From positions 1,664,635 through 1,724,410 of the forward strand of contig NC_057751.1 of assembly GCF_004010195.1 (NCBI RefSeq): DNA of 59,776 bases. The letters run 5' to 3'. The notes under the pieces are model-generated. The model worked only from the letters and a program-made list of their open reading frames with translations. It was not told the origin of the DNA and did not search any database. Below are positions 1-13,107 of this stretch, piece by piece; position 1 is the stretch's first letter, and every line of letters begins with the position of its first letter. Position numbers and translations under genes: made by a program. Source of the DNA: Chiloscyllium plagiosum. Lineage: Eukaryota.

Positions 1-158
1 GAGGAAGTGGTGGAGGCTGGTACAATTTCAACATTTAAGAGGTATTTGGATGGGTATATGAATAGGAAGGGTTTGGAGAGATATGGCTGGCAGGTGGGAC
101 TAGATTGGGTTGGGACGGATTGGACCGAAGGGTCTGTTTCCATGCTGTACATCTCTAT
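1..158 (+). mobile_element. CR1 (HER1-like) LINE 3' end
   Basis: Encodes EEVVEAGTISTFKRYLDGYMNRKGLE, the CR1 ORF2 C-terminus, followed by the tail ggaccgaagggtctgtttccatgctgtacatctctat. Confidence 0.85.
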
Positions 159-339
159 CACACACACACACACAATCAATCAAATATCTCATACAAGTGG
201 GTTTCTGTTTATAAATGCCAATTGAAATCTTATAAATTCCAAGTGCGTAATTCTCTTGCTCCAAAAATGATACCAGATCCAGATATCATCAGAGGGTGAA
301 AAGCTCTTGAAAAGGATCAGCTTTGACCCGGTTCATTTC

Positions 340-635
340 ATTCTTCCCTCTGGGTCAGACAGCTGTTGGTTAAACACTCCTCTCGACTTTATGTGCACAA
401 TGTGGCTGACAGTCCACTGCAGTACAGAGGGAGTGCGACACTGCCTTCTCTGAAACATGAAAGGGAGGGCTGAACTGCCTGATCAAACCCTTCACATTCA
501 GGTTACTATTAACTGGGGCGTGTGGAAAGTTGCTGTGCACAAATTGGTCACTCCATTTCTTGCATTACAGCCAAGATTACACTTCAGAAGTATTTCCTTG
601 ATTGGAAGGCATTTTGAGATGTCAGAGTTATGACC
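340..635 (+). mobile_element. Old DeuSINE (SacSINE1-like) copy
   Basis: Shows cactgcagtacagagggagtgc and tgtggaaagttgctgtgcacaaattgg...ttacacttcagaagtatttc...ttggaaggcattttgagatgtc, matching the family repeated across the window. Confidence 0.6.
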
Positions 636-690
636 TGATTTTCTTTCAAACAATTACTGCCAGGAACAGAGGATCTGTATTTTATGAAAG

Positions 691-872
691 AAAAACTAAA
701 GATTTGCATATGCTGGAGACCAGAAACAAAAACAGAAATTTCTGGAAAGACTCAGCAGGTCTGGCAGCATCTGAAGAACTGTGCTGATGTAGGGACCTGA
801 AAACATTAACTCTGATTTCTTTCCACCGACGCTGCCAGACCTGCTGAGTTTTTCCATCAATTTCTGTTTTGT
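691..872. mobile_element. Palindromic Penelope-derived hairpin element (family B) with degenerate hammerhead core
   Basis: Arms acagaaatttctggaaagactcagcaggtctggcagcatc and gacgctgccagacctgctgagtttttccatcaatttctgt; centre ctgatgtagggacctgaaaac. Confidence 0.65.
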
Positions 873-1559
873 ATGGTAGTTTATTGCTGTTACAACAGCT
901 CCAGAGGATTTTGTGAAATAATCAATGCATTTTTTGAGTAATTCAGTGTGTGAGCTATTTGAAGTGACAGGTGCAACATGAGCAGGTTTATTATGATCCC
1001 AGCAAACGTATTATCTGATGACTGATTTTTCATCAAAGTAAACAAGATTTGAAAATGTATTTTTCATCATTGTGTGAAGAGGTTCAAATTGGCAAGAGGC
1101 ACAGAACTGAATAGAATTAAATTTGGTTTTCAAATGATGGAGCTGTGCTTCTGGATGAATATTCCACAACTTTGCATCCTTGATAAGCAGAACAAAGGCT
1201 TGCATTGACATGGCAATGCAGTCACATCACTCAAATGTCTCTCCAAGTATTTGCCAGGAAGGAAAGTTGGCAGGAGAAAGGAATCGAAGGATCTGTTGCA
1301 TGGGTGAGGTGAAGTGAGATGGGAGGAGGTTTGTGTGGAGTGTAAATTCCAGCGTGGACGTGTGGTGTATTTCTGCCCCATAGACTCTATGTAAGGTATA
1401 ACTCAGTATTCCTTGAACAGATGCATTGCCACAGTAAACAGACACCAAGCAGGTGCAATGGATACACATTGCAACAGAAAATATCCGCTTCGTTAACATG
1501 CAGAATACATTTACTAAGCGCGTTCAGCGGAATCAGACTTGCCAAGGCACTTATAAATA

Positions 1560-2515
1560 CATAAGATACAACCATTAGGCCCTTCGGCCCATCGAATGTG
1601 CTCCACCATTCCTTCATGGCTGATATGCTCCTCATCCCCATTTTCCCACCTTCTCTCCACGTCCCTTCAGCCCATTACCAATTAAAAAATCAGTCTAACT
1701 CCTCCTTAAATCCACTGCGCTTTGGGATAGCAAATTACATAGATTCACAATCCTTTCGGAGAAGCAGTTTCTCAACTCAGTTTTAATTTGCTACCCCTTT
1801 TGCGAAGACTATGACCTCTCATCCAAGAGTGTCCCACAAGAAGCAGCTCCCGCTCCACATCTATTTTATCCACATATTTTATCATCTTTAATCCCTCAAT
1901 CTCCCCTCATTCTCCTTCATTCCAGAGAGTATAGGCCTAAACTGTTTGATCTCTCTTCAGACACCAAGCCCCTCATGACTGGGATCAATCCCATGAACCT
2001 CCTGTGAGCTGCCTCCATTACCACTCCACCTTTCCTCAAATAACGGGACCAAAACTGTGCACAATACTCCAGGTGCGGTCTCACCAATACCGTGTATAGT
2101 CGCAATAATACTTCCTTACCATTATCTTCTATCTCCTAAGCTATAAAAGCGAACTTTCCATTCACTTTCTTTATTATCTGCTCTACCTGCATGTTAGTTT
2201 TCTGTGATTATTGAATGAGTACACCTAGATCCCTCTAAACTGGAACATCCCAAAGTCTCTCCCCATTAAGACAATAGGTCACATTCCCATTTTTTTCAAC
2301 CAAAATGCATGACCTCTCACTTATCCACGTTAAACTCCATCTGCCACATTTTGGTCCACACTCCTAACCTATTCAAATCCATTTGTAAGGATTTTATTTT
2401 CTCATTGCAATTTAGCATCCTGCCTATTTTTGTGTCATCCGCAAATTTGGCTCTTGAGTCTTCTATCCCTGTATCCAAGTCGTTCATGTCAATTGTAAAT
2501 AGCTGGGGTCCATTA
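1560..2515 (-). mobile_element. CR1 LINE fragment (RT C-terminal region + 3' end)
   Basis: Minus-strand ORFs encode GPQLFTIDMNDLD...AKFADDTKIG and LYTVLVRPHLEYCAQFWS. Confidence 0.9.
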
Positions 2516-2559
2516 CAATCAGATCCTGACCAAAGGAATGAAATATTCTGACAGGTGAT

Positions 2560-2800
2560 CAAAATGTTGTTGAACAAGCTGTGTTGTTTTTGGAAGGACC
2601 ATGTTAATGGAAAACAGGGAGATGGAGAGGAATTCCAGAGGCCAGGACAAGGAAGGTGAAGGTGAATCCACCAACGATAGAGGGATTGAATTCAGGGATA
2701 TTCAAGGAGCCAGTATAGGAGGGATACAGAGATCATTGAGACTTGTAGAGCTGGAGGAGATAGGGAGGGGAGATTTGATAATATGGATGAGAATTTTGCA
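2560..2800 (-). mobile_element. L2-like LINE 3' fragment
   Basis: gaggaattccagaggccaggacaaggaaggtgaagg...ggatgagaatttt; homologous to 12100-12420 and 20320-20750. Confidence 0.5.
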
Positions 2801-2801
2801 T

Positions 2802-3002
2802 GAGTGTTTGGTGTTGGAAAAGCACAGCAGGTCAGGCAGCATCCACGGAGCAGGAGAATCAATATTTCAGGCATTAGCCCTTCATCAGGAATGCCTGAAA
2901 AGTCAATTCTCCTGCTCCTTGGATGCTGCCTGACCTGCTGTCTTTTTCAGCACCACACTATCGACTCTGACTCTCCAGCATCGGCAGTCCTCACTTTCTC
3001 CT
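2802..3002. mobile_element. Palindromic Penelope-derived hairpin element (family A) with minus-strand hammerhead core
   Basis: Inverted arms aaaagcacagcaggtcaggcagcatcc and ggatgctgcctgacctgctgtcttttt. The minus strand reads cCTGATGAagggctaatgcctGAAA. Confidence 0.7.
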
Positions 3003-4829
3003 CCCTGAGAAGTTTGCACTACAATCACAAGTCCAGTGGGAATAGAAAAGGTGGTCAGCTCAACACAATATGTGTAAACATGACATTAAAATCTGGTTCC
3101 AATGTCTGTTGTGCAAAACAGAAGTGGGAATGAATTGGTTTTGAAAGTACCTCTCCCGCTGACTCGGAGTAACAAATGAAATACGTCAGACACACCTTCT
3201 TTGTTCCTGTTAGTATGTTCATGAAACAAAAAACAAGATATGACCTTCAGCAGCTTGCACCTCTCAGGGGAACTGACCTTCGTGTCGCTCCTGGTTCAGT
3301 CGCTGAGTTCCATCAGTGACTTCCTGTGCTCACACCCTATTCCAGAGCCTTAAGCATAGAGCCAGGCCCACACTCTGGGAGTGCCCATTGACAGGGAGGT
3401 GTCCTTGGCTTTCAGGCAGCTGATTTGGTGGATGTGAGATTGAACCCCATTGAAAGCTGAGCTCCGCTGGAGTCCCAGCCATGGAAACCAGCAGCTGATC
3501 TGTCATTTCCTGGTTGTTTGTGGAACTTTGGAAATTGGCTGGCCAATGAGTGTTTCTGTAAGATCGTAACAGCACTTGGAAATATTGGCAGTGACAGTAC
3601 ATTTGACATGTGTTTTAATTCGAAAGCTGGTAAATTAAGAACATGATCAAATGTTTGAGAACTTTCTTTTGGGAAGACACGGAGGTCAAAGTTAAGAGTT
3701 ACAGCCAGGAGCTGTCAGGTGGCAATTGATGTGGAAAAGGTTTTATATTTTACAGGGAGGCTTAAGTCCCCTTGAACAGGGAAGCTTAGAAATATAGTTC
3801 CGCATGCAACTCATTCATATATATCTTGTAGCTGGGATCAAAGCACTGGTCTCTCTGGTAGCCCTAGTCATTGCCTGTTGCTTAGAAAAAGGCTCTGTGT
3901 TTCCTGACCACCAACCAGTTCTCTGTCTGTGTCAGTACACTTGGCCTATTATTTTCTTCTCCTGAGCCTGGGCTTGCTCATGGTGAACTACAGAGATGGC
4001 CCTGCCCATTGACTGATGCACACAACTACCCTCGCCAACTGCAGTCTCACATCTCAGGTAGCCTGACTCTGTAAACCATTTACAAACCAAATGATCAGAA
4101 CAGGAAACAAATACAAATTGATTTCTTCAAACCTCACTCAAATAACAGACTGCAGAATGTAACACGCTAATTGTCTCGCAGTGGGCTGCCCTTATAGCTT
4201 ACAGCTTCAGGCCTCAATCCAGAAGCCTAGGCCCAAGTGAACACACTGGGTGCAGATCTCAGGGAAGGTGCCAATCTGAGAGTTGCCATCTTTCCGAGCT
4301 CCAAGAAAGCTCCATGGTCAGTATCAGTGGAACCACTGTTTGTCCTGGGAAGCCAATTTCTGCATAGCATGTTCACACAAACCTTACAGAATGAAAGGAA
4401 ACAGGAGTGGATTCAGCCATCACCCCACAGCCAGCTCTTTCAAAGAGATTTCAAATTAATCCCAAACCCCGGCTCTTTCAGAAGACTTTTTTTTCACCCA
4501 TCTTTCCAGTTCCCTTTATGAACATTAAATATTGAATCTGCTTCCATTATCATTGTAGACTTCACGTTTCAGGTCATGACAGGTTGAAAACAGTCTCCTC
4601 GTATTGCCCCTGGTTCTTCTGACAAACTCCTTTAACCTGTGTATGTCATCTGTGAACCAACCCTTTTGCTTGTGGAAGCACATTGCCCTGAACGATTCTC
4701 TCTGAAACATTCATGATTTTGCTCCTAAACGTGAAGTTAACCTTTTCTGCTCAAAGGGAATGCTCTGAACTTCTCCAGTCTCTCCAAATGACTAAAGGCC
4801 CTCATCCTGGGAACTTACTCTCTGTTTTG

Positions 4830-5525
4830 TCTATTTATTTGTGGGACATGCATGTCACTGGCTAGACCAGCATTTGACGCCCATCCCTAGTTGCCCCTTG
4901 AGAAGGTGAGGGTAAGCTGTCATCTTGAACCGCTGTAGTCCATGTGCCATAGGTAGACGCACAATGCCCTGTGCGTACTAACCACTGAGCCACTGTGCTG
5001 TGTTGTAGATAGTTGACACATAACCCAGTCTCTGTCCTGCTGTTTTCTTAGCTGGTCCAGTTCAGTTTCTCATCAAAGCTAAGATATTGAGAGGACGGAT
5101 CTTTGAGACATAAAGATAATGCCATGGGGCAATGGTTAGGTTCTCTATTGTTGGAGAGAATCACTGCCTGTCTCTGTGTGGCACCAGTTTGACTTGCCAC
5201 ATGTCAGCCCGAGCCTGGATATTATCCAGGTCTTCCTGTGTTTGGACATAACTGCATCAGAACCTGCAGAGGTGTGAATGCTGCTGAGCTCAGTACAATC
5301 ATCAGTGAACATCCCCACTTGGGATCTGATGGAGGGAAGGTGATTGATGAAGCAGCTGAAGATGGTTGGGTCTCAGACACAATCCTAAGGAACTCCTGCA
5401 GAGATGTCCTGGAGCTGAGATGACTGACCTCCAAAAACCACAACCATCTTCCTATGTAGCAAGGATGACTCCAGCCAGTGGAGGTTTGCCCTGATGCCCA
5501 TGGATTCCAGTTTGGCTGCAGCTCG
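4830..5525 (-). mobile_element. Non-LTR retrotransposon fragment, same family as 24295-26030
   Basis: RT-like remnants (AKLESMGIRANLHWLESSLLHRKMVVVFGGQSSQLQDISAGVP) and the shared 3' tail gggatgggcgtcaaatgctggtctagccagtgac. Confidence 0.75.
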
Positions 5526-5749
5526 GTAGCTCTGTGTTTTTGTCCCTGTCAGTTCCTGTTTGAGGAGTGAGGGCTGAGGGGGCCTTCTCACAGCTCGGCA
5601 TTGGCTCTCCTCACGGAAGTGTGGACGGGTCTCTGTGGTTACAGCTTCCCTCAGCGGAGATCCTTCGAAGATATAACCCATGAGAATTCCCTCAGCCTCT
5701 CCTTCCTGGAGACCATCTGGGCAATACCATGGAGCAGCTTGCCTTAGAC

Positions 5750-6092
5750 TCGTAGAATCCTCACAGTGTGGAAGCAGGCCATTTGGTGCACTGAGCCCTC
5801 CACAGAGCATTGCACTCAGACCTGATCCCTTACTTTATCCCTGTTACCCAGCATTTCCCATGGCTCACCCACTGAGTCTACACACCCTTGGCCAGTACGG
5901 GCAATTTAGCATGGCCAATTCACCTAACTTGCACAGCTTTGGACTGTGGGAGGAAACCAGAGCACCCGGAGTAAACCCACGCAGACATGGGGAGAATGTA
6001 CAAACTCCACACAGACAGTCACCCGAGGCTGGAATTGAACCTGGGTGTGTCGTGCTGTGAGGCAGCAGTGCTAACCACTGAGCCACCGTGTC
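5750..6092 (-). mobile_element. HE1-type V-SINE (tRNA-derived, CR1-type tail)
   Basis: Minus strand shows the tRNA head cacggtggctcagtggttagcactgctgcctcacagc...ggttcaattcc and the V-domain gtgtggagtttgtacattctccccatgtctgcgtggg. Confidence 0.9.
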
Positions 6093-7199
6093 AACCCAGA
6101 ACATTACTTTTAATATGGGATTCAGTGGTAGTCAGTCTGCAAGTTGTACCCAGTTCCAGTCAGTCTACATCTTGAACACTGGACCCAGTTCCAATTGCTG
6201 AGACAAAGGGGAGATATGTCCATGCAGGAGACTGCCCTGACAGACTGCCCAGCGTGACTCCAAGGTGTCTGACTTACAAGGAACGATTGGAGAAACTCAG
6301 CTTTGAAAGGAGCTAGCTGATTTGTGATCCTCCACAGCACCTATAACACGTTCAGTCCGTCTGAAATAAACTCTGAGCTGAGGCCAAAGTGACACGAGAT
6401 CAAAACAGTAGAGCTGGTCGTTCGGACTACTCTCAAGTCAGTGATCATCATGGAGTTCACGCGGTGGTATCAATAAGCCCAGCTTCTGAAATCATTCTGA
6501 ATCTGAGGGTAAAAATGTGGTGTTTTTGGAAGATTTCACATTGCCTTTTCTAATTTCTCATCTTGTGCAAACATTTGGAATTCTCTGAATAGAAGATTTT
6601 ATCAGGTCCCAAGCAATAGCTGTCATGGGTACAGTCCTGAAAGCATTATTGAGATTGATTACACTACTGTGGGAACTTTACTCCTAACCAGGGTTAGTCC
6701 GTTGCCTTGTTAATGGTGAGATCCTATCACTGGTTAAAGAAGTCCCTCTCTTCACTTGCTCATGCCAGCTTCCTAATGAGCCGAGCTATTGGGAAATGTA
6801 CTGTCAGTAAAGTGGATGGAATTCAAGCTGATTAATTGTTCGGGGAAATTAGACTGTCCCATTTATCAACTAATGCCTGTTAAGAAAAAAATCCAGGATT
6901 GGAGGGAGAGAGACAACACTGAGAATTGGTGAGAACTGTACAGGGGGGGCTCTGGTTAATAAGCACTCACTCGGACCAGCACACCAATGATAGCTTTGCA
7001 ATGCAGAATCTTTACTGCAGCAGCAGAATTCCAGTGGCATTGATTGAATATGGACAGGAATTGTGTTGCTTTGCTGCTAACCCAATGCTAAAAATCATGC
7101 TCAGACATTCCCTTTTGCAATCAAGTGACTGTCAGCAGCTTGCAAATTATTCAGCTCAGGAAATCACTTGTCTGCTTCAGGCTTCATAACAGTTCAGTT

Positions 7200-7570
7200 T
7201 CTTCAGGGGCATGACAGAGTAAATGCTGAGAGAATTTTCCCCTTGAGAGGGTCGAAGCCCCGGACTGTAAACTCTCAGAATAAAGGGGCACCAATTTCAG
7301 ACTGAGATGAGGAGGGATTTCTTCTCTCAGTGGGTTGTGAGTCTTTGGTACTCCTTGTCACTGAGAGCTGTGGGGGAAAGGAACCTTAAGTACATTTAAG
7401 GGTGAGATAGATCAATTCTTGACCAGTTGGAGATTCATGGATTCCAGGGAAAGGGCAGGAAAGTAGATGTGAGGAGTGTTCGATCAGCCATGATCCTACT
7501 GAGTGGCAGAGCAGGCTGGGGGAGAAGCAAAGGGCCTCCTCCTGTTCTGATCTTTCATGGTCTAATGGTC
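7200..7570 (+). mobile_element. CR1 LINE 3' fragment
   Basis: tttcagactgagatgaggagggatttcttctctcagtgggttgtgagtctttgg encodes the FFSQ-RVV-type CR1 C-terminus. Confidence 0.75.
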
Positions 7571-8109
7571 AAAAAACCCAGGATTGCTTCCCCTCTCTGT
7601 TCATTATTCGGAGAGATCATTAAAACAAAGTTTGACTGTATTGGTGAAGTGTGCTGGCAAACACATCTCCTGTTCAGAAAGATAACTATCAGGTGCTGAA
7701 TCAAACATCTATTATCCAGTCACAGCCTGATGTTGTTTTCTGCTTCACCAGCTCAGTTCGGGTTAATTTCTGTTCCTTGCATTGGTGGGATGGAAGGAGT
7801 TGATAAACCTGCAAAAATTGGACTTTGGTGTCAGCAGTTCATGCAAAATCACTGCCTTCATTTCTCAGTACCTTCTTTTAATTCCATACAGCACAGCGTT
7901 GGACATCAGGATGTGATATTCCAAATGTGAGGGACAGGCAGAGAGGGACAGGCAGAGAGGGAGGGAGGGAGGGAGAATGATGGAGAGGGAGGGACAGTGA
8001 AGGACAGGAACTGTAAGGGATAGGGAATTTGATTTGTGGGAATTTGGTCAAATTGCTAGTTATGCAGGTAGAGGCAGCCCTGGATAAATATAGAGATGGA
8101 CAGAGAGAG

Positions 8110-9545
8110 AGAAAGAGAGAACCTGACAGACAGACCAGGATAATTGATAGCCAAATGAGACATTGTGCAGAAATACCAAATTCCATGATGTGAATTTGAT
8201 GGACCCCAATTAGATCATCTGAGAGCATTCTGGCTAAATTTGCAGAGAACACAAAGATAGGTCGAGGGACAAGAGGCGGGGAGGCTGCAGAAGGATGTGG
8301 ATAGGTTAGGAGAGTGGGCAAAGAAGTGGCAGATGGAATGTAATGTGGCAAAGTGTGAGGTCATACACTTTGGTTGGAAGGATAGAGGCATGGACTATTT
8401 TCTAAATGGGGAAATAATTCAGAAGTCTGAACTGCAAATAGACTTGGGAGTTCCAGTCTAGGATTCTGTCAAGGGCAAACTTGCAGGTTGAGTCAGTAGT
8501 TATGAAGGCAAATGTAATGATGGCATTTAGTTTGAGAGGACATGAATATAAAAGCAGGGATTACTTCTGAGACTCTATCAGGCTCTGGTCAGACCACATC
8601 TAGAAAATCACACACAGTTTTAGGCCCCATATCTCAGGAAGGATGTACTGGCCCTGGAGTGTATTCAGGGGAGGTTCATGAGACTGGTCCCAGGAATGAA
8701 AAATTTAACGTGTGAGGAATGTTTGAAGACTCGATGGAGTTTAGAAGGATGAGAGGGGATCTGATTGAAATTTACAGAATCCTGAATGGCATGGACAGAG
8801 TAGATGTAGGGAAGATGTTTCCATTAGTAGGAGAGACTAGGCCCCGAGGGCACAGCCTTAGACTAAAGGGAAGAAATTTAGAATGTAACATTTTAGAAAT
8901 TCCTACTTTGGAAATAAAACCACTCTGGCTCAAGGCTGGGATACAGACAGACTCTAACGCCATGCCTTTAATGTATTGCCTGAGCTGAGATGTCATTTTT
9001 ATAAAACCTTAAGTTATCTTGAGAATGTGACTGGAAAGAAGCTCTGGGATTTACATCTTAATGAACCGAAACCTGCAACCCATTCTAAAAAATGAAAGAC
9101 TGAACAGAAATCTAGGTTTGTTCAATTTATCATTTCCGTTGCATGACAATGAGGTCATTTGCTATAAATTCTGTGTCTTATGATCCTGCTCCACTACCAC
9201 CTGATGAAGGAGCATCGCTCCGAAAGCTAGTGCTTCCAACTAAACCTATTGGACTATAACCTGGTGTGTGATTTTTAATTTTTAAAATGGAGATAAGGAG
9301 AAACTTCTTCAGCAAGAGAGTGGTGAATCTATGGAATTCACTGCCACGGAAGGCTGTGGAGGCTGGGTCATTGAGTATATTTGAGACGGAGATAGATAGG
9401 TTCTTGAGTATCGAGGTGATCACGGGTTATGGGGACAAAGCAGGACAAATGGGATGAGACATTTATCAGCCATGCTTGAATAGCCGAGAGGACTCGATGG
9501 GCTGAATGGCCAACTTCTGTCCCAACATCTTACGGTCTTATAAAG
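8110..9545 (+). mobile_element. CR1 LINE ORF2 3' part, interrupted by a Penelope-like insertion at about 8885-9280
   Basis: Remnants LAKFAENTKIG and RMRGDLIEIYRILNGMDRVDVGKMFPLVGETRPRGHSLRLKG; the LINE resumes at ggagataaggagaaacttcttc. Confidence 0.88.
8885..9280 (+). mobile_element. Penelope-like terminal fragment (family C) with intact minimal hammerhead at 9198-9232
   Basis: cac CTGATGA a GGAGC atc GCTCC GAA AGCT A gtg; the segment interrupts a CR1. The downstream tail ttggactataacctggtgt is shared with 48220-48356. Confidence 0.7.
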
Positions 9546-10708
9546 GATCTCCTTCGACACTGTAATGATCTTCACAACAAAACAGATATATTTTGAAGCA
9601 ATGTGTTTCCATCCTTTTTGTGTATCGCCACGTGAGGTAACTGACGTGAAACAAGCTTTCTGGTGAGTTTCAATCAAAAGAGACATCAAACACTGATGAA
9701 CAATCCAGCCTGCAATGTAAACACTCCCTCAAACACACGGACACACATACACAGACAAGTAAAGGTAAATTCTGGAGATGAAGCAAGTACTTAACAAAAT
9801 AACAAAAAGGAAATTGTGTGTTTGAATTAGTCCTTGGAGATACAAGCCTGATGGGTTGTTTTAGTTCTTTTGCTTGTAGAAGTGTCGAATCTTTATCGGT
9901 GAAAACAATTTTGCTTCTCTCTGTCACGCGGGCTGGGTTGACGAGGAGTATCAGCAAGGGTACCTTCCCTCTTATTGAACAACAATAGCCCTTGTGCCCT
10001 GTCACTTTGTACTCTTTAAACTGAAAGTAAGCCTCCCTCGTCTCTGTACCCATCAAACATTCATGCCACTTTCAGGATTGACTATCACCTAACAGCCTCT
10101 TAGAACAAAAGTTGATGTTAACTGAAGTCAGTTTTGATTCTGCAACCACGTGGATTAACACCTCTACAATCTACGCCTATGATTTGCGATTACAATCAAT
10201 GGGGCACAATGGCGGGCTGGGAGGGGAATGAATGATTACCACTCACACCTGCTTGAGATAAACTGGTTTGTCCCCAACCCACTTTGTTAACTTTTAAATT
10301 CACCAAGAATGAGTCTGGAATTACTAGTGAATTTAAATTTTGATAAACACTTTGACAGCAGGAGCTGTAAATTCTCCAAGTGGCCTGACGTTTGGAATTT
10401 TGTCCCCCCCAAGGGGTAGCCTTGCAATGACGCACCTTCATTTACATTTCAACTACTTTGCAGAGACCTGGATTTATTGTTTTTCTCATAGACATCATAA
10501 AAGGTCACCTGACCTTTAGCTGCCATCTTGGCAGTAGCATATGGTTCACTTTGAAAAGCCAGAGTTAATTCCAAAGTCTCCACATTGTACAAAGCCTGTC
10601 ACTTCACAGTTAGCAATTTGGCACGTCATCACTGGGCATGCCAAGTAATTTTATGATTTTCAGGAATTAGCTTGGTGTGAATGAACATGTCTCTCTCTTC
10701 CTTGGCAG

Positions 10709-11008
10709 AAATGGAAAAAGGTTTGGGTTTTGCTGTTTGGCGAGAGTACATGTTCTGTTGCCCGCCTGGAATATTACGAGTTCAAGGAGGCCATGAGCAT
10801 GACAGAACGGCAAGGAACCAGGAAAATGGAGAACAAAAAGATCATCAAGCTCAGCGACTGCATTCGCATTGTTGAGGCCCCGACCGAGAGCTGCCCGAGT
10901 GAATGCCGCTCATTTTGTTTGGAAACTGTTGACAAACAGTTTGTCTTTGCCGTTGAGTCGTCAGAGTATGAGGACTGGAGCCAGAGTCTGTGTGAACTCG
11001 CTTTTCCG
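10709..11008 (+). CDS. DOK2: Docking protein 2-like, PH-domain exon (probable exon 2; 100 codons, phase 0/0)
   Basis: Acceptor ctctctcttccttggcAG at 10707-10708 and donor ccg|GTaaga at 11009. Translation KWKKVWVLLFGESTCSVARLEYYE...KKIIKLSDCIRIVEA...FCLETVDKQFVFAV...DWSQSLCELAFP matches the DOK1/2/3 PH domain. Confidence 0.93.
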
Positions 11009-12099
11009 GTAAGATTTGCAGATGCTCAGACCTGCAAAGTTTGAAAAACAAGAAGCGCTTGTGAGATGGCTTGGCCGCAGCTTGTCTGGGTTTTGTAGCT
11101 TGGTTTTGATGTGTTTCTGCTAGCCTGTCCCATCAAATCAAATGCCAGGTCACTGAAGTTGGCTGTCAACTGAAGTGGTCATTCAGAAAGCAATTCTAAC
11201 AGCTTAAAAAGTTCACACTGCAGTTCAGGGACTTGCATTCTAACTAGTTACTGCATTAAAAATACAGTGGTGAGTATGCACCACATGGAAGGTGCCAGAA
11301 CATATAGCTTGATTGACAACACATCGGGACATTTGAGCATAGCAAAGGTTCCGTGTAATTGAAGTTGTTATTAATGGGATTATTGGATGGATCTTTTTTG
11401 GTTTTCCATTCAAGTGAGGATATAATATGGCGTGGGCCAAGGATATCTCTGGTAAGATAAGAACCTCCTGGTGCCCTGTGAGTGTCCCTACCTCTGAGGC
11501 AGGAGGCCTGGTTCCCATTGCTCCAGCTGGTACTTCACAATAGATCCAAAAAGGTTGATGAGAAAGTAGCTATTAATGGCAGTATAACCCTGAGTGTGTG
11601 ATTGGAACAAACGTCTGAGTTGCTGCTTATTATTACCCTCATTGTTAGCCTGCTGAGTGCCATGATACAACATGCTCAAGCCAGTGAGCTAAATTGCTAT
11701 CAGGTTTAGACAGTTTCCACATGTGTGCTAAGTTGGCTCTGGAACCTGATAGCAGTGGACTGTCAACGGTAGCCCTTCAGCTCCCTGAAAGTTGTTTCTT
11801 TCAACTGCCAACTTCTGCTCTTCCAAGTTAAAACTGCTTTCTGCTTCACACCTCAACTCATTCACATTCTGTATTCAGCACATAACACATTCCAACTGCT
11901 CCAAGCCTTGGTACACAAAAAACCTTTCGCTGGTCTGATTTACTTGGCTAAAAGTTTGGCCCGTAAAATTGCAGTCAGCAGCAAGAGTCAAGAACCTATC
12001 CCTCACAAACTTGCCAATTCTCATTCTGCTAAACACTATAGTCAGTTCAATCATACCGCTCCATCTCCAAAGACACACCTCAATAGCCTGCCAGGTTCC

Positions 12100-12420
12100 T
12101 TGGTCAGTGACGGAGGTTTTTATAGAGCACTGTTACGGTGAGAAGCAGAGAGGTTTAGAGAGGGGATTCCTGAGTTTAGGATCCAGGCAGTTACAGGCTT
12201 AGACACCAATGACAGAGCAATGAAAACTGGGGCACGCACCCGCCCGACAGGCCAGAATTGGAGACTGCAGAGATCTGCGAGGGTTATGGGGTGAAAGGAG
12301 GTCACAGAAACAAGCACAGGACAGGCTTTGGAAACAAGCAAGAGGATATTCAGGTCGAGGTATTCTTGCTTGTTGGATTCTCTCACAGGAGGCAGTCAAT
12401 AGCACAATGAGGTGACAGTA
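12100..12420 (-). mobile_element. L2-like LINE 3' fragment
   Basis: gagaggtttagagaggggattcctgagtttaggatccaggcagttacaggc...ggccagaattggag...; homologous to the other L2-like copies. Confidence 0.55.
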
Positions 12421-13107
12421 TTCTGTTTCTGCCACCTTTCAGTCAAAAGTGTCAAAAAAAATGACTCTTTCTAGGTAAGAAAGATGCAGTGTTTGAAATT
12501 CTTTCCAATGTCTGTTTTTCTGAGGTACCCCAGTCCTCTGCTGAATTTTCCACTGTTGAATCTGTGGCTGAAAATAACCAGTTGTGCTGTAGATTCAGTT
12601 GATGTGTGAACTTTTACAGTAACAAGAGCACAGGTCTGACAAGATGGCAGAAACATGCAAACCTTTGCACATTCCCTTGCAAAAGATATGCAAAGATAGT
12701 TCATAGAAGTTTTCACATGGAGCATTTGTCTGTGCCATGTAAATGTCAAACCTCCATATTGTCACACTTAGTTGAAGCAACTGTTTACACAATAAACAAC
12801 AAGAGCGAAGAAAGCCAGTCAGTTCATATTGGGCTCTTCTGATCTGGTGCTCAAGCTGGACAGAGAGTTATAACTGGCTTCTGACCTCAGCTCTTCACAA
12901 GCTTATCATGATCTAGTTTTGCTGATTTTGATTGGCTTTGAATTGCGAATGTGTGTCCTTAAAGGGACAGGCTAGCAGCTGCAGCTGTCACAATTTCTAG
13001 TTAGCAGTGTCATGGGATGTCAGGGAATTACACCTGCAAACAGTACAGCACTTGAATTCCAACTAAGAGGAGAAATGTTACCACAAGGAAACAAGAAAAG
13101 AACCAAG

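Noticed and set aside
2802..3002. Long hairpins as pre-miRNAs or DNA-transposon MITEs
   Set aside because: Multi-copy with variable-length TSDs, asymmetric arms, hammerhead cores and monomeric versions; better explained as Penelope-derived.
5990..6092. tRNA-like A/B boxes (also near 21100, 25180, 54200 and 55260)
   Set aside because: Heads of HE1/V-SINEs, continuous with the V-domain; no complete cloverleaf.
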